Part shown: positions 1-13,688 of the stretch, in pieces
How the letters are laid out: each line of letters begins with the position of its first letter
Position numbering within the stretch: position 1 is the stretch's first letter
Position numbers and translations under genes: made by a program
Source: Piromyces finnis finn
Taxonomy: Eukaryota > Fungi > Neocallimastigomycota
Direction of reading: 5' to 3'
Assembly: GCA_002104945.1 (NCBI GenBank)
Contig: MCFH01000014.1
Location: forward strand, 496,001-560,000
DNA: 64,000 nt
Notes under the pieces: model-generated
What the model was told of the DNA's origin: nothing
Database searches by the model: none
Seen by the model: only the letters and a program-made list of their open reading frames with translations

Positions 1-966
1 TTGTTATTTTAGTTACACTTATGATATAACATGTTCTCTTCAACATAATTTAAGTCGTAAACCAGGACGTCAAAACTTTTTACAAAATGAAATGTTTATA
101 TGGAATCATTATTTATTAAAAAATGGATTTAAATCATTTAAATCATCATGGGTATTACCAATCATTCATGGTTTTGTAGATCAATCTAGTAAGTGTAGGA
201 ATATATAAGTAATATAATTATATTTAAAATAAAGAGTAGCTATTGATATTAGATATATAAACTAAATACCTTTTTAATGCTCTATTTAAAAAATAAAAAA
301 TAATAAATAGAAATTTCAATATATGGTCATATAGTAAATGTTACATTAATTGCTAGACGGTCAAGGCATTTTGCTGGTGCTCGTTTTTTAAAACGTGGTG
401 TGAATGATGAAGTGAGAGAAAATTATAAGATTGTTTTTTAAGATAACATAGAATTGAAAAAAAAAAAAATTTTCTTTTGTTAAATTATTTATTATTATGT
501 CATTCTTCATATTTTTTAATGTATAGGGTTATGTTGCAAATGATGTAGAAACAGAACAAATTGTACATGATGCTAAAACTACATCTTTTTATTTACCTCC
601 CGGTCGTTATGGTAATAAACCTGCATTTACATCATTTTTGCAACATAGAGGTTCTATTCCATTATATTGGTCGCAAGATACTTCGACAATGGCTCCTAAA
701 CCTCCAATTCATAGTAACTATACATGTTATTTATTATTAAATAAAGGAATGATGTAAAAAAGTATTATAATAGATTTATGGTATTAATTAAAATCATTAT
801 ATATAAATAGTTAATGTGGTTGATCCATATTATTCTGCAGCAGCATTACATTTTGATAATATGTTTAAACGTTATGGCTTTCCAATTATTGTATTGAATT
901 TAGTAAAAGTATAATCAACATTTATAAATAGTGATATAAATAAAATTATTTAAAATTCGTATTAAT

Positions 967-1013
<47 letters not shown>

Positions 1014-3160
1014 TAGACAAAAGAAAAAACAAAAAGAGAATCTATTTTATTGGATGAATTTACTCAAGCAGTATCATATTTAAATCAAACATTACCTCAA
1101 TCTAAGCAAATTAAATATATTGCATGGGATATGGCAAGAGCTTCTAAAAGGTAAATAATTAAATAATAATAATAAAAAAATTATATATTTTTATAATATT
1201 AATCCAATAGAATTATTTAATCATTTTAATATTTGTTATACATTTTTATTTTTATGATAATTAATATATTTAAATGTATTTTTATTTTTTAATTAGTGAG
1301 GATCAGGATGTTATTGGCGTATTGGAAGATATCGCAGAATACGTAATAAATACAACAGGATTTTTCCATAGTGGTGCAGAATCAACAATAAATGCTATGA
1401 GAAAATCAGGGTAAATACTTTTTTTTTTTTTCAAGTAAATGTATATACTTTTTTTTTTTTTTTAATTAAATTCATAATTAATAAATATACATTATACATA
1501 TTTTAAATAAATTAGATTAAATACTCCAGTAAATTTGATTAAACCAACTCTAATTAGAAGACAAACGGGTGTAGTTAGAACTAATTGTGTAGATTGTCTT
1601 GACAGAACTAATGCTGCGCAATTTGTTATAGGGAAATGTGCATTGGCTCATCAAGTAAATGAATTGAAAATAGATATATCTTAACAAATGATAAATTATA
1701 TTACAATTTTTTGTCATTATGAGCTTTTAAATATATCTTTCACCTAAAAAATATCTAGATACAATTTTAGTAATATAAATTTTTTATTTCATTTATATTT
1801 CTTATAGTTATATGCTCTTGGTATTCTTACACATCCATCTTTACCATTTGATACAGATGCAGTAAATTTATTAAATGCTATGTATCATGATCATGGTGAT
1901 ACTATCGCTTTACAATATGGTGGTTCTCATCTTGTCAATACTATGGAAACCTATAGAAAAATTGCACCTTGGACTTCACATTCAAGAGATATGATTGAAA
2001 GTATTAGAAGATATTATAGTAATTCATTTACAGGTAATAATCTTAATAGAATTATTATTATTATTTTTTTGTCTTTTTGATATTATTATTAAGCTGTATT
2101 ATTTTATTTTATATTATTTTACATTTTATTATTACTAAAGATGCGGAAAAACAAAATGCCATTAATTTATTCCTTGGAAATTATATTCCATCGGATGATC
2201 AACCATTATTATGGGAATTAACAACAGATCATCATTTACACAATAAAGTTAATCAAATTATGAAACCTCTAAGATCGTACATATTCCACTTTTTTTTTTT
2301 TTAAAAAAAAAACTTAAAATATTTTAATTATTTTTATTATCATACATAAATTAATAAAAAATTATATATATTATTTTTATATATAAAAGATATACCCATT
2401 GGTGGTTGGAAACAACTTTTGAATTTGCTGATAATGATTTAGAATTTTCTCAAGAAAATATATGTTTTCACACCAACGATAGTTCATTTGAAGAATATTA
2501 TCGACCAAAACTTTATACATCCTTTAGTCGTTTATTTTCATATAATATGATTAGTACTTTACGGTAATTTATTTATTATTATTATTTATATTTATATATT
2601 AATAAAAATATTCATAAATTTTATATATACATATTTACCAGTATGAATAAGGACAGCGAAAATTCAAATAATAGTCCATTTAGTATTAAATCAAATTCTT
2701 CACAACATACTAAATATTTTATGATATATAGGTAAAAATCATTGTGATAGAAATATATTTATTATATATTTGAGAAGTGTAGTGTGTATAGTGTACTAAT
2801 TTTTTTTTTTTAATATTAGTTTAAATATTGGTGGTGTAAAACGTTGGTTAACTCTTTCAAATGATGAAAATGGTGAGGAACATAGTAGCTCTTTAGCATA
2901 CCCAAATAAACATAATCATAAGACCCAAAAAGATGAAGAAGAAGAAAAACAAGAAAAGGATAAAGGAAATATGGCTTGGTGGATGACTAGTGTTTTGGCA
3001 AATCGTTTATTATCACCTGAAGTTTCAAATTCAGAACGAAGAGAATATAAAAAGTAAAAAAAAAAAAATAATTAATATATATAAAAATTGAAAAATATTG
3101 GAGGCAAAAATAATTAATTAAATCTTACAATATTATTGTATTTATAATTTATAATTTATG

Positions 3161-3191
<31 letters not shown>

Positions 3192-3654
3192 TAGATATAT
3201 TAATCAATATAGATCTAGTACTTTTATGAATAATCATCAAAATAATGCTAATAAACCTGAACGTCATCCAGAATATAAATATTTCCAAAAGTATATAAGG
3301 CGTGGTGATTGTTCTTATCAATCTCTTCATCATTCTATTGATCAAAAAGATGAAAAAATTTATTCAGCTTATTTAGATTTAAATAAGATTTCAACATTAA
3401 CTGGTAGCTCTTCTAAAGTACCTGGTATGCAAGGAAATGAATTAACAAGTAAACGTTATAATGAATATTCTCGTTGGATTACTACTGGTAAATATCCAAT
3501 AAAAATCCCTGGTGTTATTAAATCGTCTAAAGGAACAGATAATTCGAAAAAAGCATCGTCTAGTTTTACTGGACATAAACATAGTAAACATTCTACCAAT
3601 ACTTTATCAAGTAAACAAAGCTTGAAAAAACTTCAACGCTCTTCAAGTGCCTAA
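1..3654 (+). CDS. FIG4: SAC-domain polyphosphoinositide 5-phosphatase FIG4 (multi-exon, 5' end outside window)
   Basis: Spliced exons read [73 protein letters not shown], the catalytic CX5R motif [16 protein letters not shown] (~1577-1625), [20 protein letters not shown] and AINLFLGNY. The stop is at 3652-3654. Confidence 0.93.
971..1008. repeat. T38 homopolymer in a FIG4 intron
   Basis: Direct count from the sequence. It is one of many long A/T tracts in the window. Confidence 0.9.
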
Positions 3655-4022
3655 ACTATTTTTTATTTATTAATATTCATATTTAATATTTAATAATAGA
3701 TATTTTATAAAATTAATTAATAAATAAATAAATAAATAGTGATAAAAAAAAAATATAACAATAAAATAATTATTATATAAATACATAGTAGTTAATATAT
3801 TAATATTAAATTATAGTTTAAACACTTTGTATGTAACAATAATAAGGAAATATATAATATAATATTAAAATTATTATTATTTTTTGTTGTATTATATCTA
3901 TTTTATTTTTGCTTGTAAATAATTTTAAAAAAAAGTATTTAATCCCTTTATTTTTTTTGGTTAATGTAGAAAGAGTACTATTTATATATAAATATATAAA
4001 TTTTATTTATTTGTTGTATAGG

Positions 4023-4058
<36 letters not shown>

Positions 4059-4344
4059 TGCAAGCAAGCAAGCAACTAAATTGAAATATATGTAAAAAAA
4101 AACATATTTAAAAATTAACTTTATTTTGAATATATTGCAATTCATTAAATAAAACAATAATGAATAGAATAAATTCAAAATACAAAATCATATATAAATG
4201 AAATAAGTTAAATAAAATATACTATTAATATCATTTTGTTAAAATTATAATAACTAAAATGATAAAGTATACTAAAATTATTATATAATTGAAGAAAAAG
4301 AAAAAAAAGTATAATTTTACTTGCTTTTCTTTTTTCTTTTTTTT

Positions 4345-4378
<34 letters not shown>

Positions 4379-4679
4379 TTTTACTGAAAATTAAATAACC
4401 ACATATTATTATTCTTTTTTCAGACTAATTCTATTGATTTTTTTTTTCTACTAATTAAGAAAATATCAATATCGATCAAAATATGATTGAAAATATACTG
4501 TAAAGTTGTTTACTAATATACGAATATTAAATAAATTATTTACATTTACATAATATATATGATATATATTATTGATTCTCGTTTTCATTTTTTTTTTTTT
4601 TTTGTAAATATTCCAACTATTCTATCAATAGTTACTTGAATATTAAGTAATAAATTGAATTAATTCAATATTGAATTAA

Positions 4680-6147
4680 TTAGTTTTTGTCTTCATCGTC
4701 ATTTTCAATTTCATTATCATCCTCTTCCTCTGGTCCTTCTATAATTCTGATATCGTCCATGATTCTATTATCATCTATAAATTTATCGTCATTTTCAATT
4801 TCGTTATTATTATTGTTTATTACTTTCTCTGATGATTTATTATTGTCATAACAGTTTTCATTATTTTCATTATTTTCATCTTTAATCCATCTTTGTTTAA
4901 CATATCTAATGCATCTCTCAGCATTTGGAAGTTCCTATTTATATATATATTAAATAATTATATTAATATTTTAAATCTTATATGATTTATACAATCTAAA
5001 TTTAAAAAATATATAAAATATAGCAGTATATAGATAAATAAGTAAATAAAAATAATATTTACTTGAATAACTTTTGTAACGCCCAGATCACTTAAACCAA
5101 AGAAATCTGGACCAGAAGCATGTGTTTTTGCGCCTGTACTTCCTCTTTTTGAAAGTTCACTTAAAACACTTTTCCAAGCTCCTATTACAATAAATATTAT
5201 ATATATAACATTTTTATTTTTTTAAATATAATTATTTTAAATTTTATTATTTATTAGAGTTTTAATTTAAAATATTTATGTATTCTCTTTAATTTTTATT
5301 TTATCAAAACTTTATTTTTTAACAAAATCTTTATTACCTGAAGCTGAGTTTGCTCTAAAAACTGTACCAGGTAAATCTTCCGCAGTTACTTCGAACTAAT
5401 TTAATCAAGTAAATTATAGTTATTTAAATTTAATAAAAAATTTTACAATTTATTATTATATACGTATTAAATAATTAGAGTATAATATTTTAATCTAATA
5501 ATTATAAATTTATAATAGATTTATCTATTTATTGGATTACTTACAATTGGAACATCTCCTCCATCCAAAATCCGATTTGTATAAATTGTGCGTTTTTTTG
5601 GATCCTGCATACTAATGTATTCTTTTTTACTTTCAAAACCAACTGGCCAAATATATCTTTGTGAATCTTTATGTTACAAAAAAATTTTATTTAATATATT
5701 TTAATTTATATATAAATTTAGAACATAAATTTATGTATTGTACTACTAACGATATGCATCTCTTTCATGAACAATTTTTCCTATGAATTATTTATATTAT
5801 GAATTATATTATATATAATAAATTAATTAGTAATTTAATTTAGACTTTTTTTTTTTTTTTATTTATAATTAAATAAATTAAATTTTGCGCAGAAGAAAAA
5901 AAAAAAATATATATATATATATATAAATATAGATATATATATAATATTATATTTACCTATTGATATAATAGTTACTTCATTACTGCTTTTTCCTACAACA
6001 ACAGGTAATTTTAAATTACCATCATCATCTCTTGGTAATATCTAATAAAAAAAAAGGCATCAATTTTAATCAATAAATATTTATATTTAGAAAAACACTT
6101 TATCATTTTAATTGTCATCAATTAAAATTATATGTATATAATAAGAA

Positions 6148-6198
<51 letters not shown>

Positions 6199-7617
6199 TA
6201 AAAAAGAAGAATAGCATTGAAAGTCAAAAACAAACTATTTAATACCTTAATTGGTTTAGCATCAAACCGAGTATCTCTTTTCTATCATTTTACATTTTAT
6301 ATATTTTATCATAATTATATTATATTATTATAATTATAATAATTATTATCATGTTATGTTTATTATTAAGCATTTACTAAAAAAAAAAAAAAGAAAAAGT
6401 ATTTATTATATCAATGATATTATTACTAACACTTGATTTTCTTCTTTTCTTTTTTGGTATAATATCATCATTTATATTTTTTGATAAGTCTGAATCAAAA
6501 TTTTTTTCACTCTTTAATTATTAATTAATTATATATTAAAATAATAATAATATGTATATATATAGACATATATAAATTATATGAGAAATAGTTATCATTT
6601 ATAAATATTAAAATGAATACAATTTGAGAGAAAGTAATTGATTAAATAGAGAAAATAATATTGATTTAAAATAATAAATATATATATTAATTTTATTATT
6701 TAATTTTTTTTTTTTGTTTTTTAATGATAATACTAACGTTTCTTCTCTTTTTAAAAACATTATCATTAAAGTTTTTATGGAGTTTTGAATTAATTATTGA
6801 AGAATCTATTTATTACACATATATAATATATATGAATATAAATTTAAATATTATACATTAATAATTTATAGATATTATGAGTTAAATAATTCTAAAAAGT
6901 TATTATTTAACCTTTTGAGCTTTCAGAATCACTACTATTAAAAGAAGATAAAGAGCTTGCTGATTCAGATGAACTATATAAATTATTTAGAAATAATTTA
7001 GTTATAATACTATAAATTAAATTGCTGTTCACTAATAGTTAAAACTTACTCGGAATAATTATGACTTTCTATTATAAGATCCAATAATTGACTAATTGTA
7101 TGGAAATAGTTTTATTATATTGTTTATTTAAAAAAAGAATAAATGATTTAATAGTTTAAAAAAAGGTAAAAAGCGAATGAAAAAAATATATATAAATAAA
7201 TATTATAAACAAGTATAAATATAGTTTTAATAATTATTATCTCCATTTTGTATTTAATCATATGTATTCTTATTTATTTTTAGTAATTAAAATTAAAATA
7301 TATTATTCAATTTTATTATTATATATTACCTTATTTCTTCATTTAAATTTCGACATCGAGTTTGAGCTACCGATAATAATTGTCGAAGAACATCACGTTT
7401 CTATTTCGGAGAAAAATTTCATTAAAATAATTTTTAAGTATTAATAATTTAATATAAAAATAAACTGTTTATACTTTATATATAATAGTAAATAATGATA
7501 ATAATAACAGTAATAAGAATAATGATTATATCATTGTAAAAAAAAAAGAAATACCTTTTTTCCTTCATCATAGTCTAATTTTAACTTTCTATATTTTTCT
7601 TTATAGCTTTCAGGCAT
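4680..7617 (-). CDS. TBRG1: FYRN/FYRC (F/Y-rich) domain protein, TBRG1-like, multi-exon
   Basis: N-terminal exon MPESYKEKYRKLKLDYDEGKK. FYRN: IWPVGFESKKEYISMQDPKKRTIYTNRILDGGDVP. FYRC: GAWKSVL..SGPDFFGLSDLGVTKVIQ/ELPNAERC..Y. Acidic tail ends at TAA 4682-4680. Introns are GT-AG. Confidence 0.75.
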
Positions 7618-7802
7618 TTTCTATTGTTACTTTATTATTTTCCTTTTTTTTTTTTATTATTATTATTATATTATTTCATGAAGAAGTAGCTCATCAATAA
7701 ATATTCTTAATTGATAATGTTACAATTATGTTTGGATAATTTAATATAGTTTTATTTTTATATTTTGTTATGAAAATATGTTGGATATTAAATAGATATT
7801 TT

Positions 7803-7835
<33 letters not shown>

Positions 7836-9303
7836 CAATTGTAAAAAAAGATTAAAATATAAAAAAATTAAAATGATATATTTATTTTATTATTTATTTT
7901 AAAAGTTATAAATAATAATTGTTCAAATTTTCAAAGGGCCATTTGTTAAATTAAATATATTGATAAAATAATAAATTATTATAAAGTCAATTAAATTATT
8001 ATATTATTAATTAATAAATTATATTTTATTAGTATATTCATTACAAATAGTGATGATATCGTTTATCTTGTTGAAGTAAATAAAAAAGTTTTTTTTTTCT
8101 AATATATATACAAAGGTAGTATAAATTCAAAATTCTTTATTTCTTTTTATAATGAAGGTATATTATAAAGAATATTTTATTATAAACAAAAAATTATAAT
8201 ATTTATATTGTATAATTAGGATATAAAATTAAAAAAATAAATAATTAAAAAAAAATATAAAGTAATAAATATAAATTGTAAATATACAATTAAAGAATTA
8301 AAAAAAAAAAAAAAGTCATATATATAAAAGAAATAAATAAAATTTTATATATTAAAAGTACACTTTTAAAGTTTTTAATATAATTTTTGTGGAAAAAAAA
8401 AATTTTTTTTATAGAAAAATATAATATATAGGTATATATTAATCAATATAAATAATAATAAATAATAATACAAAAAATAATATAATAAAGTAGTGTAGGT
8501 CGTCCTTCATTCTAAATTATAGATCAAAATAAAAAGATGGAGAAGGTCATCATCATTGTTCTATTAATTGCTTTTAAAGTCATTATTCAATAAATTCTTT
8601 TAAAGGTACTTTTCTTCTTTAGTTTGCTGATGGAATTTTTTTAAAAACAGTTTATTAATTTTAATTTTTTATAGAAGAATTTTGACTTTTTTTTTTTTAT
8701 ATTTAATTAGTTATTGATTTATACTTTTATATATATATATATATAAAAGTATAATATTTAACTCTATAGTATTCGTTTTCATCTTTTTTTTTCTTTTTCT
8801 TTTTTTTTTTTTTTAAAAAAAGTGGAGTTAAAATTGAATTAAACGAACCATGTTGAAATAAAAGAATAAAAATGTCAAATCTTAAATGGATATAAATCCA
8901 AGCATTTTTAAATATAAATCATTATAAATTATTATTATAATATGGATGTATTTATCTATGGATTTCTTGTATAATACGATATAATTTATTATTTAAACAA
9001 TAATACTAATAATAATAATAAAAAAACACATCTTTTCTATAACATTACTATCCTTTTCATTTAACTTTTTTAATTATTTTATTCTTCTACATTATAAAAT
9101 AAGGTTAAAATACTGAATTAAAATTTAATAAAAATAATTTCTACTATTCTATTATATATTATTATACTTTTTTAATATATTTAATTTATTATAAAAACCA
9201 AGTTTTTAATTTATTAAATATATATGAAAAATTAAAAAAAAAAAAAAAGGAATAACTGTAAATTTTAAAATTTGAAATTTAAATTCCTTTGTAGTTAAAT
9301 AAA

Positions 9304-10823
9304 ATGTATTTTAATCAACATTCCCCAACTGGTCCAAATCAAGATCAAGTATTTCTTTCTTTCTTTTCTTTTCTTTTTTTTTTCCTATCATTATTTTTAA
9401 TCAATGTATATTATTTATCCTAGTTTTTTTGCGATAATACTGTCATTTTTTATAATTAAAATTAAATTTCAATTTTATTTATTAGGAAGTAAAATTGTAT
9501 AATTCAAATCTTGAAAGAGAAAGGTTAGATACCCTTGCTGATTTATATTCAATTATTGTTGCAGTTGAACATTTAGAAAAGGCTTATATTAAATCTTCTA
9601 TTCCTTTTGAAGAGTAAATATATAAGATTTAATGTTAATATAGGCAAATAAAAATTTGAAAATCATAAAATAATTTTTCTAATTGTATATATTAGATATA
9701 CATTAGCATGTACCAATTTAATTTCACAATTTAAAACCTGTCAAAATTTATTAGGTGATTCATCTGTATTAAATGTACAACATTTTATGAATGAATATAA
9801 GGTATTCATTATAAATAAATAAATAAATATTGATAAACAAATTAAAAAACTGTATTCTAAACATTTTTTTCTTTTTTTTTTTAAAAAAAAAACAACTATT
9901 TTTTTTAATACAAATTCTTGATATAAACATAATTTATATATTTATTATTCTATTTTAACCTTTTAAACATAAATAAATAAATAAATTATACCTTATCAAA
10001 CTATAACAATTATTAAACGTATAATAATCGAATAACACAATAAAAACATCAATAATAATAAAAAATTATAAAACTTTTAAAATGTTACAACGAAAATTGA
10101 ATGTGAATTCATATACTTTTTAATTTAAAATTAAATAATTATAGTTGAACTGCCCATTAGCAGTTAATCGTTTGAAAGTTGGTGTTCCAGCTACTGTTGA
10201 GCATGGTGTTGATAATAAAAATAATAAAGAAGATGGAAAATACATTGCAAAAACAGTTCAAGTAAGTAAATTAAAGTATTTTATTTTAACAATTCATTAA
10301 AGGTGAATTATAACTATAACAGTTAAATGATATATATTACTAATATGAATATATGAATATATTTTAATATACTTTTAAATCTTTTATAATGTTTATATTA
10401 TTCTATATTTTCTTTTCTTTTTTCCTTTTTTTTATGCTATATTGGAAAATTTCCGTTATTATTTCATGAAATAGAACTTTATTAATTTAATGGATAACCT
10501 TGAACTTAAAGTTAAAACTGTTGAAGTTCTTCATCCTTTGCTTGTTGAACTTATTCAAAATATAAATAAAATAACTCCATCGGCAGAAACAAATGAGTGT
10601 AAAGAAAAAGTTAAAAACTGGTAAGTATTAAGAGTAAAATTATTATTATTATTTTTTATTAAATATATTATATCTAATACTTTTATATTGTTTATTCTAA
10701 TAAAGGTTAATTGCATTAAATAAAATGAAAGTATCAGATGAGTTAAATGACGAACAAGTTAAACAACTTCATTTTGATTTAGAAAACGGTTATAATCTCT
10801 TTATGAGATCTTTGGATGAATAG
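9304..10823 (+). CDS. VPS28: ESCRT-I subunit Vps28 (6 exons)
   Basis: Exons read EVKLYNSNLERERLDTLADLYSIIVAVEHLEKAYIK, LNCPLAVNRLKVGVPATVEH, NFINLMDNLEL..VEVLHPLLVEL and LNKMKVSDELNDEQVKQLHFDLENGYNLFMRSLDE*. Confidence 0.93.
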
Positions 10824-11181
10824 TTAATAACAAACAAGCAAATAATTATTGAATATAAATAATTTATAATTCTTTTTAAAACAGTAAAAAAAACTTGATT
10901 TAACGCCATACTATTGTTGTATTATAATTTATTAATCTTTTTTTACTAAATAATTGTAATAATAATAATTTTCATAAAAAACTTTAACATCTTCATTATT
11001 ATTTAGATACAATATACAATACATCTTTTTAATATGTAAAATAAAAACCTTTTAAAAAAGTCCTTTTTTTTTTTTTTTTTTTTTTTAATTTTTTGATTAG
11101 TTAAATTAGCCATAAAGGCATAATTTGCCATTTTATATAACTGAATAACTAACTCACAAACTAAATAACTAAATAACTAGC

Positions 11182-11185
11182 AAAA

Positions 11186-11236
<51 letters not shown>

Positions 11237-11345
11237 ATGAATAAATGAATAAATGAATAAATGAATAAATGAATAAATGAATAAATGAATAAATGAATAA
11301 ATGAATAAATGAATAAGTGAATAAATAAATAAATGAATAAATGAA

Positions 11346-11396
<51 letters not shown>

Positions 11397-11714
11397 ATGA
11401 ATAAATGAATAAATGAATAAATGAATAAATGAATAAATGAATAAATGAATAAATGAATAAATGAATAAATGAATAAATGAATAATGAATAAATGAATAAA
11501 TGAATAAATGAATAAATGAATAAATGAATAAATGAATAAATGAATAAATAAATAAATGAATAAATAAATAAATGAATAAATGAATAAATGAATAAATGAA
11601 TAAGTGAATAAATGAATAAATGAATAAATGAATAAATGAATAAGTGAATAAATGAATAAATGAATAAGTGAATAAATGAATGAATAAATGAATAAATGAA
11701 TAAATGAATAAATG
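11182..11714. repeat. Compound microsatellite: (TAAA)n interleaved with (TGAATAAA)n, ~530 bp
   Basis: Directly visible tandem 4-mer and 8-mer units, with occasional TGAATAAG variants. It produces the spurious FIHL-repeat ORF at 11177-11725. Confidence 0.97.
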
Positions 11715-12335
11715 GATTTAATCAAAAATATATAATTAATATATATATAAAAAGAATATAAATATATAGTAATATAAAAAGCAGTTTTTATATTTTTTAT
11801 TAGTTGTAAACAAATTGTTTATCAATATTGTAAAGTTTAACTGATAAAAAATAACTAGATAGTTAATTAGATAGTTAATGTTTTTCTTTTTCTTTTTTTA
11901 TATTATCTACATTAAAGAATTAAATGATGATACATCACACTATTAATAATAAATTTTAATAAATAAAAAAAATTGTAAATTTTTATAGCAAATAAAATTT
12001 AAATTTTTATATATATTAATATACACAAATATAATGTTTTGGTTAAATTAAATTTCTATTAGAGTACCAAAAAGATCTGTGCAATTATTTTAGAAAAATA
12101 GTAAGATTCTTATTTTTTTTATTATTATCCTTTAAAAGGAAGCATTAGGATTAAAAGAAAATATTAGAGTAAAAGTTACTTTACTAATAAAAAAGATATT
12201 TACTTTAAATTATAATTAATATAATAATAAATATTTAAAGACGGATAAACTAATTTTTAATAATTTATATAAATTTATTTATCATCAATATTTTTGTTAT
12301 AAATAGAAAGATATTCAAGCAAGGGAATTCTAAAA

Positions 12336-13648
12336 ATGTTTAATAATGAGAATACTATAAAGGTAATAAGGAAAACAATAATGTTTTTATTTATTATTAA
12401 ATATAATTAATAAATATAGTATATAAATAGAATTATTTTAAAAGTCATTGCATAATCATTTATTTATAAATTAAAAATTAATCAATCATAATATAATCAA
12501 TACTCTAATTATGTTATTATTATTAATATTGTTGTTATTTTAATAAATTGCTTTCTTCTTATTACCATATTTGCTATTTTTAAAATATATTATATAAATT
12601 TATATTATTATATATTAGTTAAAATATTGTTATATATAAAATCATCAAAATATCTAGTTTTAAACATCTATACTCTTAATTTATATTTTTTTTTTTATTC
12701 TTATTTTACCATTATTCTTTTTCAGTGATACGTTGTTATAAATATGTATATATATTGTTTATTATATTATATTATATAATATATTATTATATCAACATAC
12801 TCTACTTTATATATATAATTATCTATATCTTTTCATATCAATGTTTATACATATATTTTATTATTTTTATAATCTAATTATACATATATATATGTATCTA
12901 CTATAATATCTATTTATTTATATTTATATATCTTTTTTTCATCGATATATTTGTAATACATCATCTTTAAAAGGCAACGAATATTTCGACATTTGCCTCT
13001 GAATCTATGATTCACCAAATCTTTGAATACTTAGGCAAGATTAAATCATTAAAATTATATCCAAAGTAAATATTTATATATGAATAATTAAAATAAAGAT
13101 AGCGAAAAAAAAAAATAAATTATAATTTTATTTTTTTTATTTTTTTTATATAATGTAAAGTCCTGGATTAGAAGGTGGAAAAGAATGCTTAGTAGAATAT
13201 GAAGATAGTGAAGCTGCAGGGTTAGCACTTCATCTCTCAGGTACAAAATTATATGATAGAGTTTTTGAAGTTAAAATTAGAACTCTTGAAGAAATTGAAC
13301 AACAAAAAAAGATCTTAGAAATTAGTAGTATGTTTAATACTCCTCCAGCATTAAATCCAATTTTACAACCAAACATTACTGTAGAAAAGGCTAATAAAAT
13401 TGCTAGAACAGTTTATGTTGGTAATTTAAATACAAGTATAACAGAAAAAGAATTAATAGACTTTTTCTCAGTTTGTGGACCAATTTCCTATGCAAAGGTA
13501 TAAAATTATTTTAGTTAAGTAAAGTTAATATTTTAATTATTTATTAATTTTTAATTCATGAAAATTAATAAGATGGCTGGTGACGTTTCACACCCTTCAA
13601 GATTTGCTTTCTTAGAATTTGGTATAAATATTATTAAAAATAGTTTAT

Positions 13649-13688
<40 letters not shown>

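Noticed and set aside
4658-4681. Perfect 24-bp palindrome AATTAATTCAATATTGAATTAATT at the TBRG1-like stop codon
   Set aside because: It is almost entirely A/T in a low-complexity background, occurs once, and has no supporting context.
11177-11725. 182-aa 'FIHLFIYS' repeat ORF on the minus strand
   Set aside because: It is simply the translation of the TAAA/TGAATAAA satellite, which has no stop in that frame.
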